From Antedon mediterranea (lineage: Eukaryota > Animalia > Echinodermata): 64,000 nt of DNA. Shown here piece after piece: positions 27,601-40,108 of this stretch; within the stretch, counting starts at the first letter, position 1, and each line of letters starts with the position of its first letter. The notes under the pieces were generated by a model, which saw nothing but the letters and a program-made list of their open reading frames with translations, had not been told where the DNA came from and did not search any database. The position numbers and the translations under genes were made by a program. The stretch covers positions 25,020,912-25,084,911 of the forward strand of contig NC_092675.1 in assembly GCF_964355755.1 (NCBI RefSeq), in the 5' to 3' direction.

Positions 27601-29111
27601 AAAATCGCAACACAAATGAAGTTTCAGAGAAACATTACACAACCTGTAATTGACTCACTTGAAATTCTATATTGTATACTTTCATCAGTTTTGAACGAAA
27701 TTCCTTACTTGTTTTAGTGTTCGATTGAGCCCAAGGTAGGCAAACATTCCGAATATAAATACAATTGATGATTATATAATTATATTTTTAATTATATTAA
27801 ATATTTGTAGTAAAACACCGCGAAGCCTTCCTAACATTATATCTAATAATGTTAATAGTTATTTTAAAATAATCTCCATAATTCACTTTTTCTAAGGGCC
27901 TGTTTCTGCTGCAACTGCTCAAAATACGGTATAAAAATACGGTATAAAATACGGTATTTTTTATACCGTATTTTTTAGTACCCCGTTTCTGCTAACAATA
28001 CTTCTTGGGTGGTCGTGTTAAATTTCATCTTTTTTACCCCAATTGCCATTCATTTATTTGATCGATAATTAAAAGTCGCAATAAAGGAAGTTTTACGTCT
28101 CACTTTCAACAGCCTAGCCCTAGTGATAGAGATGTTGTGAGAGCACAGAAAGCATCGTAATGGGGACAATTAATTCGTTCCCTCCCAGAGTTATTGTATT
28201 TTGCAATGTTGTACTGCTTTCGCGGGCTCTTCAGCTTTGAGTTTACTTGCTTTGGAGACAAGTCTATTCCATACTCCTGCTTTATTTTTTTAGAAATGTC
28301 TTTATAAATGTGGTTGTCCCTTTTATTACCTTTTAGTTGGCCAGACATTTTAGCTTCCCCACACACATTTATTTAGTAAAACTGTGACGTCTTCGCTCCA
28401 CATTTTCGCCGAATATATCTATACATGTGTATAAAGCAGCTGACAGCGACAGAAAATAAAAAAAAAATGGTGACCTTTTGTCATGTAAACAAAAATACGG
28501 TATTTTTTATTGGCAGCAGAAACGGGTACAAAAAATACGGTATAAATTTGTAAATACCGTATTTTATCCACAAATTTTGTGGGGAAAATACGGTATACAA
28601 AATACGGTATATTTTTTATGAGCGCAGTTTCTGCTGCCAAAAATATACCGTATATATACGGTATTCAAAAAATACCGTATAATATACGGTATTTAGTTGG
28701 CAGCAGAAACAGGGCCTATGAAAACTAAGACTAACTTAAACCTAGTGTTAAAAACTCACGGAGATGTGGCAAAACTCTCGAAGCGTTCGTTGCTACATTT
28801 AGACCATGTATGCATGTTGAAAGTCGATGAAACATCAGATGACATTATGCTCTTTTGGGAGGTTTCTTTCCGACAAGAGTTGCCTTCTCCGTCATGCTCC
28901 ATGTCTAACCTGAAAATTTGATATTATTTGCAATAATACGTTTCGACAACGTTGCTTTAGCAATATCATGGCATTGGACGAATAGCATCGTGTCTGCTGG
29001 CGACATTTTTCGTCCCACATCGGCTACATGACACATTTACAAAAGCTACATGCTTTACAGTATACAGTACCGATAATATATATAGTCTTTTAATTTTCTA
29101 TTCAGCCTATT

Positions 29112-29166
<55 letters not shown>

Positions 29167-32100
29167 TATATTCAGGTTGAGATTATCAGACCGTTAGGAT
29201 AGAGTGCTCAATACCAAGGTAGAGCATAACTAAATAAATAAAATAACAGCAGAAAACTTGGTACTTCATTGTTTTAATCACTACAAATTTGTTTCGTACG
29301 ACCAGCATGTAGCAGGCCGCACTCTTCAGGTGAAATGATAGATATAGAAATATATTTTTGTTACCGAGTATCGTTTCCTTTCATAAGGAACCCAGACTAA
29401 AATAGACTAAATAGATAACACCCTCGAAATATTGTTAATGGAACTGTATAAAAGCCTTTAAATAGAGTTGGTTATATTAGGAACAAAACAAGTTAACTCT
29501 TACAGATGACCAATTTCATGTGCAATGACGTATGCACATTTGTAGCCTTCATCTCTTACAAGTACAGTGTTCTCCTGTAGGTTGCACATCCCTCCATTTT
29601 TCGCAAAACCTGAAAATAAAAGTAAAATCATTTTTACATATTTTCAAATATTCTACAACTTTTAGAAATGTAATCTGGAATATACCATTATCTCCCCAAC
29701 ATTATAATAATAATGTTACCTTTAGGTCCAAAGTTATTACGTGTGATGTAAACAGCAGCGTCGAAATGATCTGGGTTGTTATCATCTAAGTTGTTTAGCA
29801 TGTACATAAATTGACCAACCGTCCTCCTTGAACGTGTTGGGGAAGACTCGTCTATCATAATCGAAGACTGAAATAGAATAGGATAAGTGAATGATATGGT
29901 TTGATGGTAAAACGTCTTTCTGAATTCAATAGTGCTTAAATCAGTGAGCATGCAAACATGAAGAATATGTCTTTTTTTTTTAATTATCGATTTAACTCAA
30001 TGGAAATGATTTATACAAAAATAACGGTGTTGTTAGCTGGATATAATACAGGGTTGTAGTGGTCAATTTCTGAGTAAGATTATATTCCAGTGACATTTTG
30101 TTATTTACCGACGGTTCAAGCATGTTTTATCCGTATATTTCCACCTTGCATGGTTTCCTTTAACTAATGAACATGTTAAACTCAAGTAACCTACATTTAA
30201 AAACTACTTTATCTGGATTGTTACTTATTTCCTGAATTATTTTATAACTGGATTGATGAAAACAAGTTGGTATTGGTGTTGATATACATTAGGCCAATGT
30301 GTTGATTACAAAATAATAATGCGGTATTTTTTTAATTTTTACCTTGAGGCATTTTTTGCTAATAGTTCTAAAACTATTTCGAAACAGTACGCTTAAACTG
30401 TTTATAATAGTTAACTACGGTATGTAGGACACAGATATGCATAATTGAGACCTAAAAGCACTTAAGAGTAGAAGTTGAGTGATGTTGAGTTGATGGGTAC
30501 TAAACTTTAAGAAATTCATTCTTTGATTGTGTCTACTGACCGAAATACACAAACTAAGGCATAGTTTTCACTTAAGAGAATGCATTTTTGATTTAGGAAA
30601 ATACAACCCTTTTTTTTAGAAACAGATTTGCAATTTAAAACAAATCAGTTGGTATCTTGATGAGATCTAGCTAACCAGCATCTACATTCTAACACATGTT
30701 TAGGTGAGAAATCTAAGCATTCTGACTCTGGATTTCCAAGCAAAGTTTGTGTACAAAGATTTGCTCAAAACGAAAGTTTTGGACATACAGTATTTCAATA
30801 AATTTAACCCTGGTTTGGCACACTAACACCAACTAATTTGTATTCAGATCCGGTTTTTGTTAATAATTATATCATGATACCAAAGCCTAAATTTATATTT
30901 AATATAGAAATAAATGTAATTATGAAATTCGCAATGAACTTCATATAATCTTACAGTGTTGATTACAGGTTATAGGATCTTCTATAATTTTTGATTAAAA
31001 TCGACAGGAATTTATTAAATAAGCCTAAAATAGATTTAAGTGACGTAGGCTCTATCTTATTCATTCACAGCTATCAACAAGATACTAAACTCTAATAGTG
31101 AAGAATATACAACTACGTGACTAAAGTTATCCACATTCTAATACCCATTTAACCCAATGTTATTAACTTATATTATAAAACAAGACCATTTCATTAAATC
31201 AATGTACCGACAATTTAACTTAGATCGATTATATAGTAATTATTATTAACTATACTCACGTTATACTTATCAAGGTAAATGATCTTGTTTATGACAATAT
31301 CCAAATGATACTTGAATGTAGAATGTCTAAAAGACTCAGTCGCCTATAAAGTAAAATGATAAATGATGAGTTTTTCGTAATATGGTAAAATAATAATTTT
31401 CACTTCTAATAATCATTGTTACTAACATTATGGTTTAACAGAAAATAATAACAATACTTTGAAAATATCATCGTTATACGACACTCACGTTTAATTCCAA
31501 AAGTATTAGGCATATGTGCAAAGAAATCTTGTAGCAGATAAAGAAACAAACGTGTAGTGGGACGAATTACAAAAGACAAACAATAATAATTCTTACGTAT
31601 GTAACTTTGAAATCAAATTAATATTAAAACTTACTATCATCATAACTTTTAATAGATAATCCTTTGTTTCATCACCGTAGAATGTATGGACAGAATAATC
31701 TGCTAATATTGCCAATTCAATAACAAATTTCTGATTCGTCGCGACAGATCGTCTGTTTCTTGCCTGTCGGTGAATAGTACAGACACTTCGTGGCACCAGC
31801 GCTATGAAGAAAAGCAATTCGGTAATTCAAACACCTGATACTCGTATATGCAGTACCGTGCAAGGTATGACCGATTACAACACCATTATGAAACGTGTAT
31901 AAAAGACAATGTTTAATATACAATACAAATACTTTTATTTCGGAATCTCCGGTCTTGTTACCTGTGAGATCTTCTGGCAGCCTTGACGATTTGTCCACTT
32001 TGTACAATGTATGTCGTTCATCAGCGTCGCTTCCATGCACATGGAAATCATAGTCTTTACCACAAACCCATCCGTTCTAAAATGAATGAAACTTTTTTTT

Positions 32101-35100
32101 TAAATAATTTATGTGCATTATTAATATTTACTTAATAAACTTTCTAAAAATAAACGATTTTTATATTTAATTTAAAACAATTTTTAGATACATGATCAGA
32201 ACCAAATACGTAAAGAACTTCGTTCGACCTTAATTCAGGAACAGAAGGAAGTATCCTAATTAGTAGGACCATTGCAGTTTATTACCAATACAAGGAGAAA
32301 GGTTTGCAATTATTGGATTACCGGTTGTTTTTATCATGTCTATTTTTTGACGTCTAGACGCAAAATCTGTCTTCCTTTTAAGTGAATTCGAAAGTTGTAA
32401 TGCTCTAGATTTAAGCCCTCTCGATGGAGCTAATAACATCTAAAAAATTTCTACAAGGTTTAATTCAGGGAACCTGGCTGTATGACGTAATTAAACCCCA
32501 AAGGACTATTCCTCTGATGAATAAAATGTTATTCATTTTGATTATGATTTCTAATTGAGGGTAAATTGGAACCACGATGTTTGCCATGGTCTTAGACGTT
32601 GTATCCAATCGAGCAGTCGATAAAGGTTTTATGTACTTGAGTAAATCCACAAACTCGAAATATTTGAAACAACAATTTTCTGAAACCAATGTCCAGACGA
32701 TAGATTACGGTCAATGGTTCTACTGCTTCAACAAGAAGAAATCTCCAACTAACATTTTCTAGCAAGATTTTAACGAATATGTATAGGCTTAGTCGAAATG
32801 TCAATACAAATAAAAAGTATTTAGCAGTGGAAAAAACATTTTAATAGGTACCAATGCTCCGCCACAATGATGGATCACTACTTTAGAGTCCGGGTCATCA
32901 ACAATTGAGCCAGTGAAGATGCATTCTGGAAGAATATTAATTCTATTTTCGCCATCACCGACGTTTGAAAATACCGAATCAGTTGTCTTTTGCAAATCCC
33001 GGGTAACATTCATTACCATTATGCCATCATCTGTTTCTATCGTGTAATACTGGAACTCATTCTTATCCACTGCAAAGAGATGCTTCCCAGAAGAGTGATA
33101 TGGCCTGGCATGTGTGAATTCTAAATAAATAGTAACAATTTAATAGTAACAAAATTGATAATAAATGTTTAAAAAGCATGCAAACAATTAAGTGTTTCGT
33201 GTTGGAAGAATTAGTCCTGGTAATTTACGTTAGCTGTGTAAAAACTGTTTTTCAATAGTTACTTTTGTGATATGTTATTAACAGAGAGGTACTCTTGTGA
33301 TTAGAATGCCATTTGTTCTTGATTATCAAATTAACAAAAAACATGTATTGTTCTATAATTATTATAATTTCTTTCGAATTTCATAGTTTACACAAGTGGA
33401 ATAACAATAATCTAATTTGAATATTTTAACGTAAATGGAATAATTATAATTGTGTGTTAAGTCACCTTTCTTTGTCTTCTAAATAAAAGTAACCGATTAC
33501 ACAGAGTCAATGACATTAAAATATTTTAATGATGATTTTCTAACACCTTCAAAATTAAAACAGAACAGAAAGTGTCGATTCGCTATAAATACATTAGTAC
33601 GATATTCAACTTTGTGACAATAAACTATTGTCTTTTTTTGTAATTTAGATTCATCGGTCTATATGGAGAAGATTATAGAAGATTTTAATAGCGAATGACG
33701 ACTGTAACCTATAGGTCCAGAAGATGATTGTGGCAATAACGGAAACATCAAATTCTAAATTACGTCCTTTCTGAAAATAACGTATGGTTAACTTTAAACT
33801 TAAACTTTACTATTTAAGTCAATTAGAACTGTATTGTTTTGAAGACATGTTAGATAATCATCGACTAGTTTACATAGAGTCCAATCATACCTGTTCCTTT
33901 ATTTTCTGTAGGTGTCCATCTTGCTGCAACATCCTATAAAAATAATGATGATGACAAACAAATAATGTAAAGCTTTCCACTTTTTACTTAGTAAACTTTG
34001 AGACTTCTCTGCCTCATGGTCATAAATTTAATTATAAACTTCAAAAAAAATATCATTACATTACAAAACATGAATTGAATAATATAAAATAACAGCTAAT
34101 TGTGTAAGAAATGTCAACGTAATGACTGGCAGTGCATTGCATCGTCGTATTGCAATGTTAAACAAATGCATATACATTTTATTAAGACTAAATAGTGACT
34201 TTATGTATTACGTCATCACAGTGTAATATTAAAAACAAAGGCCTACATTAATTCATATGAACAGTCAGTCAATAGCCACTTTATTGTAATATTACATCAT
34301 GCGGTTATGGGTTTATATACAGTATTAGAATTATTATTTTTAACAGGGTATAATTATTGTATACGGAACCAAGAGTAAGGATGTCCTATTAAAGTAACCA
34401 AATTGTCCAGTATGAGTCCATGGGGTTATATTACTCACACGTAAAACTCTGTGTTAAAAAAGGATATTACATGTACTTTTGGACAAGTTTATTAAATAAT
34501 CACCGAAATTCACTAAACGTCACAATGAATCACTGCTGAGTATTTTGTGACCAGATCAGTATAAGTTTATATCGATATTATAAACTTAGAAACGTGTAGA
34601 AATTTCTTTTTTAAACACTTTTTGGCAAAATGATCGACGTTTTCAAAATTTACTAATGGCAAGACATTTTATAATAAATGATGTTGTAATGAAAACAGAC
34701 GTCAGATCAGTACGTTTGTAATTCTGTCCTCCATACATAAATACAACAAAACCAAATCGCTGACATCAACATCCTTTACCAACTCATTAGATCGACGGCT
34801 AAACAAAGTTCCTTGTAAATATACAATTATTGCTACTTCAAAAACAGTGCATTGACCAAAGCAAGATGCATTCAAAAGATTCAAAAATTGTCACGACTCT
34901 TTAACAACTTGCAATTCCGCTGTAACATCATACCGACACTTTAACATAGTGCACATTCTTGCTACTAGACCAAATTGAGTATAATTTATGAAATAGTACG
35001 GGGCGCCGTCCGATGGTCTGTAGGCCTATGGATAGAAAAGATACAGATAATATGTCGGGCGGCGCCCCGTGAATAGTAACTTACTACCTCAAACCTGGGT

Positions 35101-36945
35101 AAGATTCCCGAAATCTCAATGAAAGTGATGTCATAGAGAAGTAGGTTGGAGGTTGTATAGTGACTCTTCTTACTAATACACTCGACATGTTTACGTCCAT
35201 GTATTACCGTAGAATAACTTTGTTACTTGTATTTGTTGAAACAGATTAGATTATGTATTAATTTTTGATCAGACAATCGTTGCCAGTGAAACTGCAGTGC
35301 CAGGGCCAATCACCCCTCGTACTCTATTATCGATAAATAGTTAAATCTGTTAAGCGTTTTTGGCCTTGTCTGGGGATCCAAAACCCATCATTATTCCAAT
35401 AGTACTTTATATTGCCAACTGCAACAATAATTTATTTTGCAACTGTCATGGTGTTTAGGCTCATAACTGTTTACGGTAGGTATAGTAACATAAACGCATG
35501 TTACAGTGGATTGAATGTTATTCAACATGTGTTTTTATTATGGTATGTTAATTTCGATTTCTGAAATGATACTTTATATGTCGACATGTTGTTGTCTTAC
35601 GCCCGGTCTTACGGTGGACATTCTTAACATGATATATTGAATTCTGAAATTGAATATACTGTAGGTTCTGGAAACAAAGTTACGGTTACTGTAAACATCG
35701 TTCAATGAAAGGTCTTTGTTACGATATGAAGAAGTGGGTACATTTTGTTTGTCTCATTTTATCCGATTTCAGTTTCAAAATGTACCTTGTTCTATCCGTA
35801 GGCGTTTTTGTTCAAATTGTTAATTTAATCATTGTTTTTTTTTATATTAGTGATCTCTTATTTTAAGTGTACATTACTGTTACCAAGTCCGTAGGCCTAT
35901 CTCTATTTTGGTCACGTTTTTGAGCGATTATCTCAAGACGGAAACAGTTATCATAGTATAGACGTTATTAGGTTTGCATTACATAAAAACGCAATAGGAT
36001 AATAAAGAGATGATCCAATTTCGCCCTTTTTTGTGAGAAATGGCACAATTGACAATCCGTCGCAAACCGTGCATGTTTTTTTAAGCTACACGATGATTAT
36101 ACGGCATATATTTCAGTTGACCACTCGACTTTTGTTAATCATTAAACAAATTTAAAATTTAAGGAATAAAACTATATATTTATAATCTTGGCCTACGGGC
36201 TAAAGTATGAATTGTTTTAGCACCATGTTCTTTCAAACACTTGTTACATTAAGTGCAATTAAAATAACTGAGAGGCTTTGAACTTATCGCCTTTATTCCT
36301 GAACTGCCCTTTTTAAACTGAGATCAGAAGTGAAACATGCTCTAAATAGGCAAAACCCGCCTAGCTCATGACGATCTTTGCCCCTTTTTTTTGTTGCAAC
36401 AACGCTAAAATCATTGCTACGGGTTTGAGCATATATCATTGATCATCATAAAATACATTTTATTGATGTAAATGGGTACAATGCTACTAAAAAAATGTTT
36501 GCATTCGGGAGAGAGTGTATATAATTAAAATCATCATCAAAATATTACATATATATCACAGTATAATCATGAGGCATTATTATACTAAAATATGCACATA
36601 AAGAAAAAAAAATTAGGTTGATAACATTTTCCGAACGTAAAAAATGTTATAGAAAATTCTTCGGTCTCCTTGTTTTTCATCAATTCTCATTTGGAAAATG
36701 TTATGGCTGTTTCCAGCCGTCATCATAGACCAATTATTGATATGGTATGGTTAAAACGATTATGAAAAATGAGAGAACATATAAATTTAAATCTATAACT
36801 GTATATCTTACATTATTTATTTATTCACTTATAAAACATTTAACAACACTTATATACAACATTTTTAAAATGAATTTACCTGGTAAAATACGTTGCTCAG
36901 AAGAAATATAAGGCATACACGCAGCCCTCTGATCCTACCAATCAT
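20377..36945 (-). CDS. ADAMTS metalloprotease, ADAMTS2/3/14 (procollagen N-proteinase)-like; ~913 aa, 21 coding exons
   Basis: Exons in transcript order: 36945-36880, 33933-33891, 33120-32852, 32076-31962, 31801-31635, 31343-31260, 29867-29720, 29609-29504, 28909-28760, 27571-27433, 26441-26325, 25860-25709, 24522-24459, 24279-24195, 24007-23871, 23522-23402, 23023-22943, 22562-22384, 21530-21350, 21058-20938, 20593-20377. All are GT-AG and in frame (2742 nt). Domains: signal peptide, prodomain, furin site RNRR/SV, M12B protease (HEIGHLLDMEHDGEGNSC...SIM Met-turn), disintegrin-like (SMDKQC...LWC...PPLDGTPCG), TSR1 (DGGWNDWSDFSECSLSCGVG), Cys-rich, spacer, TSR2, TSR3. The 3' end is the least certain part. 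Confidence 0.93.
21769..22100. mobile_element. Possible partial Kolobok-like DNA transposon remnant in an ADAMTS intron
   Basis: TTAA|AGCCCCATT-type left end and a GC-richer interior. I found no matching right end. Confidence 0.25.
24601..25140 (-). mobile_element. 5'-truncated L2/CR1-group LINE (ORF2 C-terminus, 3'UTR, (ATT)n tail) in an ADAMTS intron
   Basis: ORF 24675-25169 contains LDYCNSL...RLQNTAA...HISP...LHWLPI.SRI.YK.LLLTFKAL...LRS...LWNSLP...FKKELKTHLF, the canonical L2-group post-RT region. The 3' end reads GGCGCTATACAAAT plus (ATT)n. Confidence 0.9.
25953..26166. mobile_element. PIF/Harbinger-like MITE with family A termini and a different interior
   Basis: AGCGTGGTTCCCACTAG...CTAGTGGGAACCAAGCT, flanked by TAA/TTA. 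Confidence 0.8.
27896..28716. mobile_element. Internally deleted Harbinger transposon carrying a Myb/SANT-like gene remnant
   Basis: Terminal repeats GGGCCTGTTTCTGCTGCAACT / AGTTGGCAGCAGAAACAGGGCC; many subterminal AATACGGTA/TACCGTATT repeats; internal minus-strand Myb/SANT-like peptide. Confidence 0.8.
28106..28410 (-). pseudogene. Frameshifted Myb/SANT (trihelix-like) DNA-binding ORF of the Harbinger element
   Basis: AKMWSEDVTVLL, then a frameshift, then GEAKMSGQLKGNKRDNHIYKDISKKIKQEYGIDLSPKQVNSKLKSPRKQYNIAKYNNSGRERINCPHYD. This fits the W..E...L...Y..I...Q...K.K.L+..Y...SG...C..Y pattern. Confidence 0.7.
28760..29609 (-). CDS. ADAMTS catalytic zinc-binding exons (29609-29504 and 28909-28760)
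   Basis: Spliced translation: GFAKNGGMCNLQENTVLVRDEGYKCAYVIAHEIGHL|LDMEHDGEGNSCRKETSQKSIMSSDVSSTFNMHTWSKCSNERF. Confidence 0.93.
29115..29164. repeat. (TA)n microsatellite
   Basis: About 25 TA units. Confidence 0.95.
34997..35071. mobile_element. 75-bp mini-MITE with a 5-bp target site duplication (AATAG)
   Basis: AATAG|TACGGGGCGCCGTCCGA...TCGGGCGGCGCCCCGTG|AATAG. Confidence 0.6.
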
Positions 36946-39389
36946 AGTTGTTATAATTAAGTCCAAGTTTATGTTTTGCGGTTGATTCAGCACCTTGATA
37001 TGTGATTTTTCTTATGCGTGCGGTTGGTTGTGTACCTTGGTATTATAAGCACTTTGGAACCGCCCAATCATGAAACGAATAGGAAGTAGTGTATACTAAA
37101 ACGGAAAGATTGACACTATAGATTCAGCCATTGGGTGACCCTATATAAGTCACCAAGCTTCATCTTAATGTCTTAAATAATTAGCCTATGTAAGTTTTTG
37201 ATTTTTGTTTTACTTACGTGGGAGTGTTACTTAAATAGTTCTTTAAATTATTTTGTATGAACGTTTTACAGCAGAAAATCATGAGTTTTCAGATTAAGAT
37301 TAATGACCCCGTTAATGACAGTCAGATAACACATAATTATCATGAGAAGCATGATACGTATACAACATTCACCTGTCACAGTTGATAAATAGTTATATAG
37401 GAAAATGTAACATCCGGGATTTTGGTTTCAGTAACTAATATAATATTGCTGTTTGTTTTACATTTTTTGTTATTTTCTTGTCATTTGTGCAGGTGTTTAG
37501 GTTTCTCACATGACACTTCCGATATTAAATCTGTTTCTGACGCGTGTTTCAGAAACCTATACCTAACTGTAATTAGGCCTACATGAAAAATGCAATTAAC
37601 CAGAGATTACAATCCTTTTTACAATGTGCTCTTTTTCAAAAAGACTTATATACCCTTTTTTCATAACTTTCTACAGAGAAAAGATTTAGGCCTAAATACT
37701 GTATATCATTATTAGGCCACAAGAACATTTATTCCTGAACTTGATGGATATGTTGTCACTCTGGCAAAACAATTATTTCCACCGTTGTTATTAACCTTAT
37801 TAATTGGTCATAATTTATTTTCAATGTTAAATTTGACGTAAGTTTCACTAGACCATTGGTCATTAGGGACGCATCGCATGGTGAGGACGGATGAAGGATG
37901 AATCGGCTATACATACAGCTGCTGGGCGTATAGGCACTTGACATTTTGCATATTTGCTCATACAGGACAGGGATTTAAGAATTATTAAGAGTATATAGTA
38001 TACTACGAAGATTATATTATATTGTATACTATTTCTATATCTACAGTATTCATTTGATTATCGGTGTTATAAAATGGTCTCCTATGAACGCGTCAGTTGA
38101 GGACATATACAGTGCTACTGGTTGAAGAAACTGGTTGTAACGTCACTATCGATATTAATCAGAGTGCCAACAGAGACATGATGATGTTACCATGCAATTT
38201 AAAGGCACAACTATTAAACAGTTAATGAACCATAAACACTCATAAATGACAAGTTGAATTATTGAGAAATAATTTATATTTGTAAATAAATAAATCAATC
38301 AATCTCTCAATAAAGTCTTCGACCAACAATTAAGTCATAATTTATTTATAATGGCCGCTTTAAATAGATTTAGACACAAGGCGACAACCTGGTAATTCAA
38401 ATTGAATCTTAAGTTAAATCGTGTACGTAAATAATTATTGATAGTCAATTATATAATTATCTTAGAAAATACTAAGCTGGGTTGTTGAAAGAACCATAGG
38501 CCGCGATGTTATTATATTGTGATAAAACCACTACTTTAAATACACACGTGTATGACATATTACGTCCATGGAGCGTGCGGAACAGAACGGTACACACAAT
38601 AAATGTCCCATTACGATTAATTTTCAAATAAACATAGGCCTACCAACATCCTGTTGTTAACGATATGTAACTTAAAAAAGCAAATTAAATCATTGTGGGG
38701 GAAAGAGGGAAGAGAAAGGGCAACAAGTTAAAATAAAAACACTCAGAAACCGAGTGAAGTACTTAGCAAAATATTTCCACAGAGGGCGCATGTTGATATT
38801 TCGGACGATGTTAAAAGAATACAAATTTTACTTTTTTTTATTAGAACCGATTTTCTTGAAGTATATTATACCCATATGCCTAATGTGTAATCAATTAATA
38901 TAATATTCGTATTATTAGGCTATTTTATTTATTATTCTTGAAATAATTTCATTCGGATCACTAGGAGGAAGGAAATGTAATACTTGTTATTGTTATTGAT
39001 GTAGGCCTATCTATGTCTAGCATTTCAACGTGCAGAATAATTTTGTCTCTATAGTATGTGAAGGTTGAAAAAGAATATACTTTATTAATGCCTCTCCTAC
39101 ATTAGACAATTACATTTTAGCAGTCATGTGCTCATCAGATGTTCAAACCACGTGCCATGAGGTAAACCACATAAACATGCATTACATTTGGTTTGTGTCA
39201 AACAATTTGATAATAATAAAGTTATCCCCAAAGTGCCCGTTTTCTCAGGAAAAGAAGAGACATGTGCCAGGAAAAATAAGATATCATTTCTGGACGAGCT
39301 TGCAAAACAAAATAAATGAAATTGAATCAATGCATGATTCAAAGAATGATATTACTATATGTGTGTTTCATATAAGGAGATAAGAGACT

Positions 39390-39636
39390 TAATAATATGA
39401 TGATGATTACTTCCTCTCCGCTGAAAAGTCTGCCAACATTTCCGCTTGTGCTGCTCCGTAAATCTCTTTTACCAGTTTCTTCCAGTCTGATCTTTTATTG
39501 GCTAGTTCTTTAAGTTGTTTGATGTCTTTCTTGGTTTTCAATTGTCCGGGATACTTGATGTTTGTGTTCTGCTTATAAAGGGTGAGTAGGTCGTTGCTGA
39601 GAGTTATTGGTAGGGGGTGGTTGTTGGTCTTCCTCA
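39390..39636 (-). mobile_element. RTE-like LINE 3' fragment
   Basis: ORF 39407-39658 ends ...LKELANKRSDWKKLVKEIY, matching the RTE-type A..R..W+..V motif. It is followed by a short (CAT)/(TAT) tail. Confidence 0.5.
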
Positions 39637-40007
39637 AAAATAATAATGATACATACATACATACTTGTAAAAAGGTGTGTAGCCGTTATTTTTATAATGT
39701 CATCAATGACTATGAAGAGACACAACATTGAGTTGTATGTATTTTGAAGTAATAATTGAATGTTGGTAGAGATTAGGCCTACAATACAGGGAGATCTTTG
39801 ATATCACCAATAAACAACAGAATAAATAGAAACAGAATCAGGTAAATCACAAAGTAGGATAAGCCCCAACCCCCACCCCCCAAAAATAAAATCTTACATG
39901 GGGCCTGTAAACGAAACAAAATAGATGAGAAACAGGTTGTGTTTATGATTACATAATATCCCGACTGCATAGAACAGTCTAAAACGAAAATTAACTGATG
40001 GGTGGGG

Positions 40008-40108
40008 CCCCTGTATCAGGGGGATTACCACCTATCTGATAGGACAGTGATTAATTCACTATTGGTAATCCTTGGCCACATTGCCTAAAGACATAAAATA
40101 AAATAAAA
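40008..40108 (+). repeat. Dispersed ~100-bp repeat (SINE/LINE 3'-end-like), copy 1
   Basis: GGGGGATTACCACCTATCTGATAGGACAGTGATTAATTCA.TATTGGTAATCCTTGGCCACATTGCCTAAAGACATAA plus an A-rich tail. A near-identical reverse copy is at 63245-63347. Confidence 0.85.

Noticed and set aside
32465-32804. Three overlapping short ORFs in ADAMTS intron 3
   Set aside because: Exons 3 and 4 join in frame without them and no homology is recognisable.
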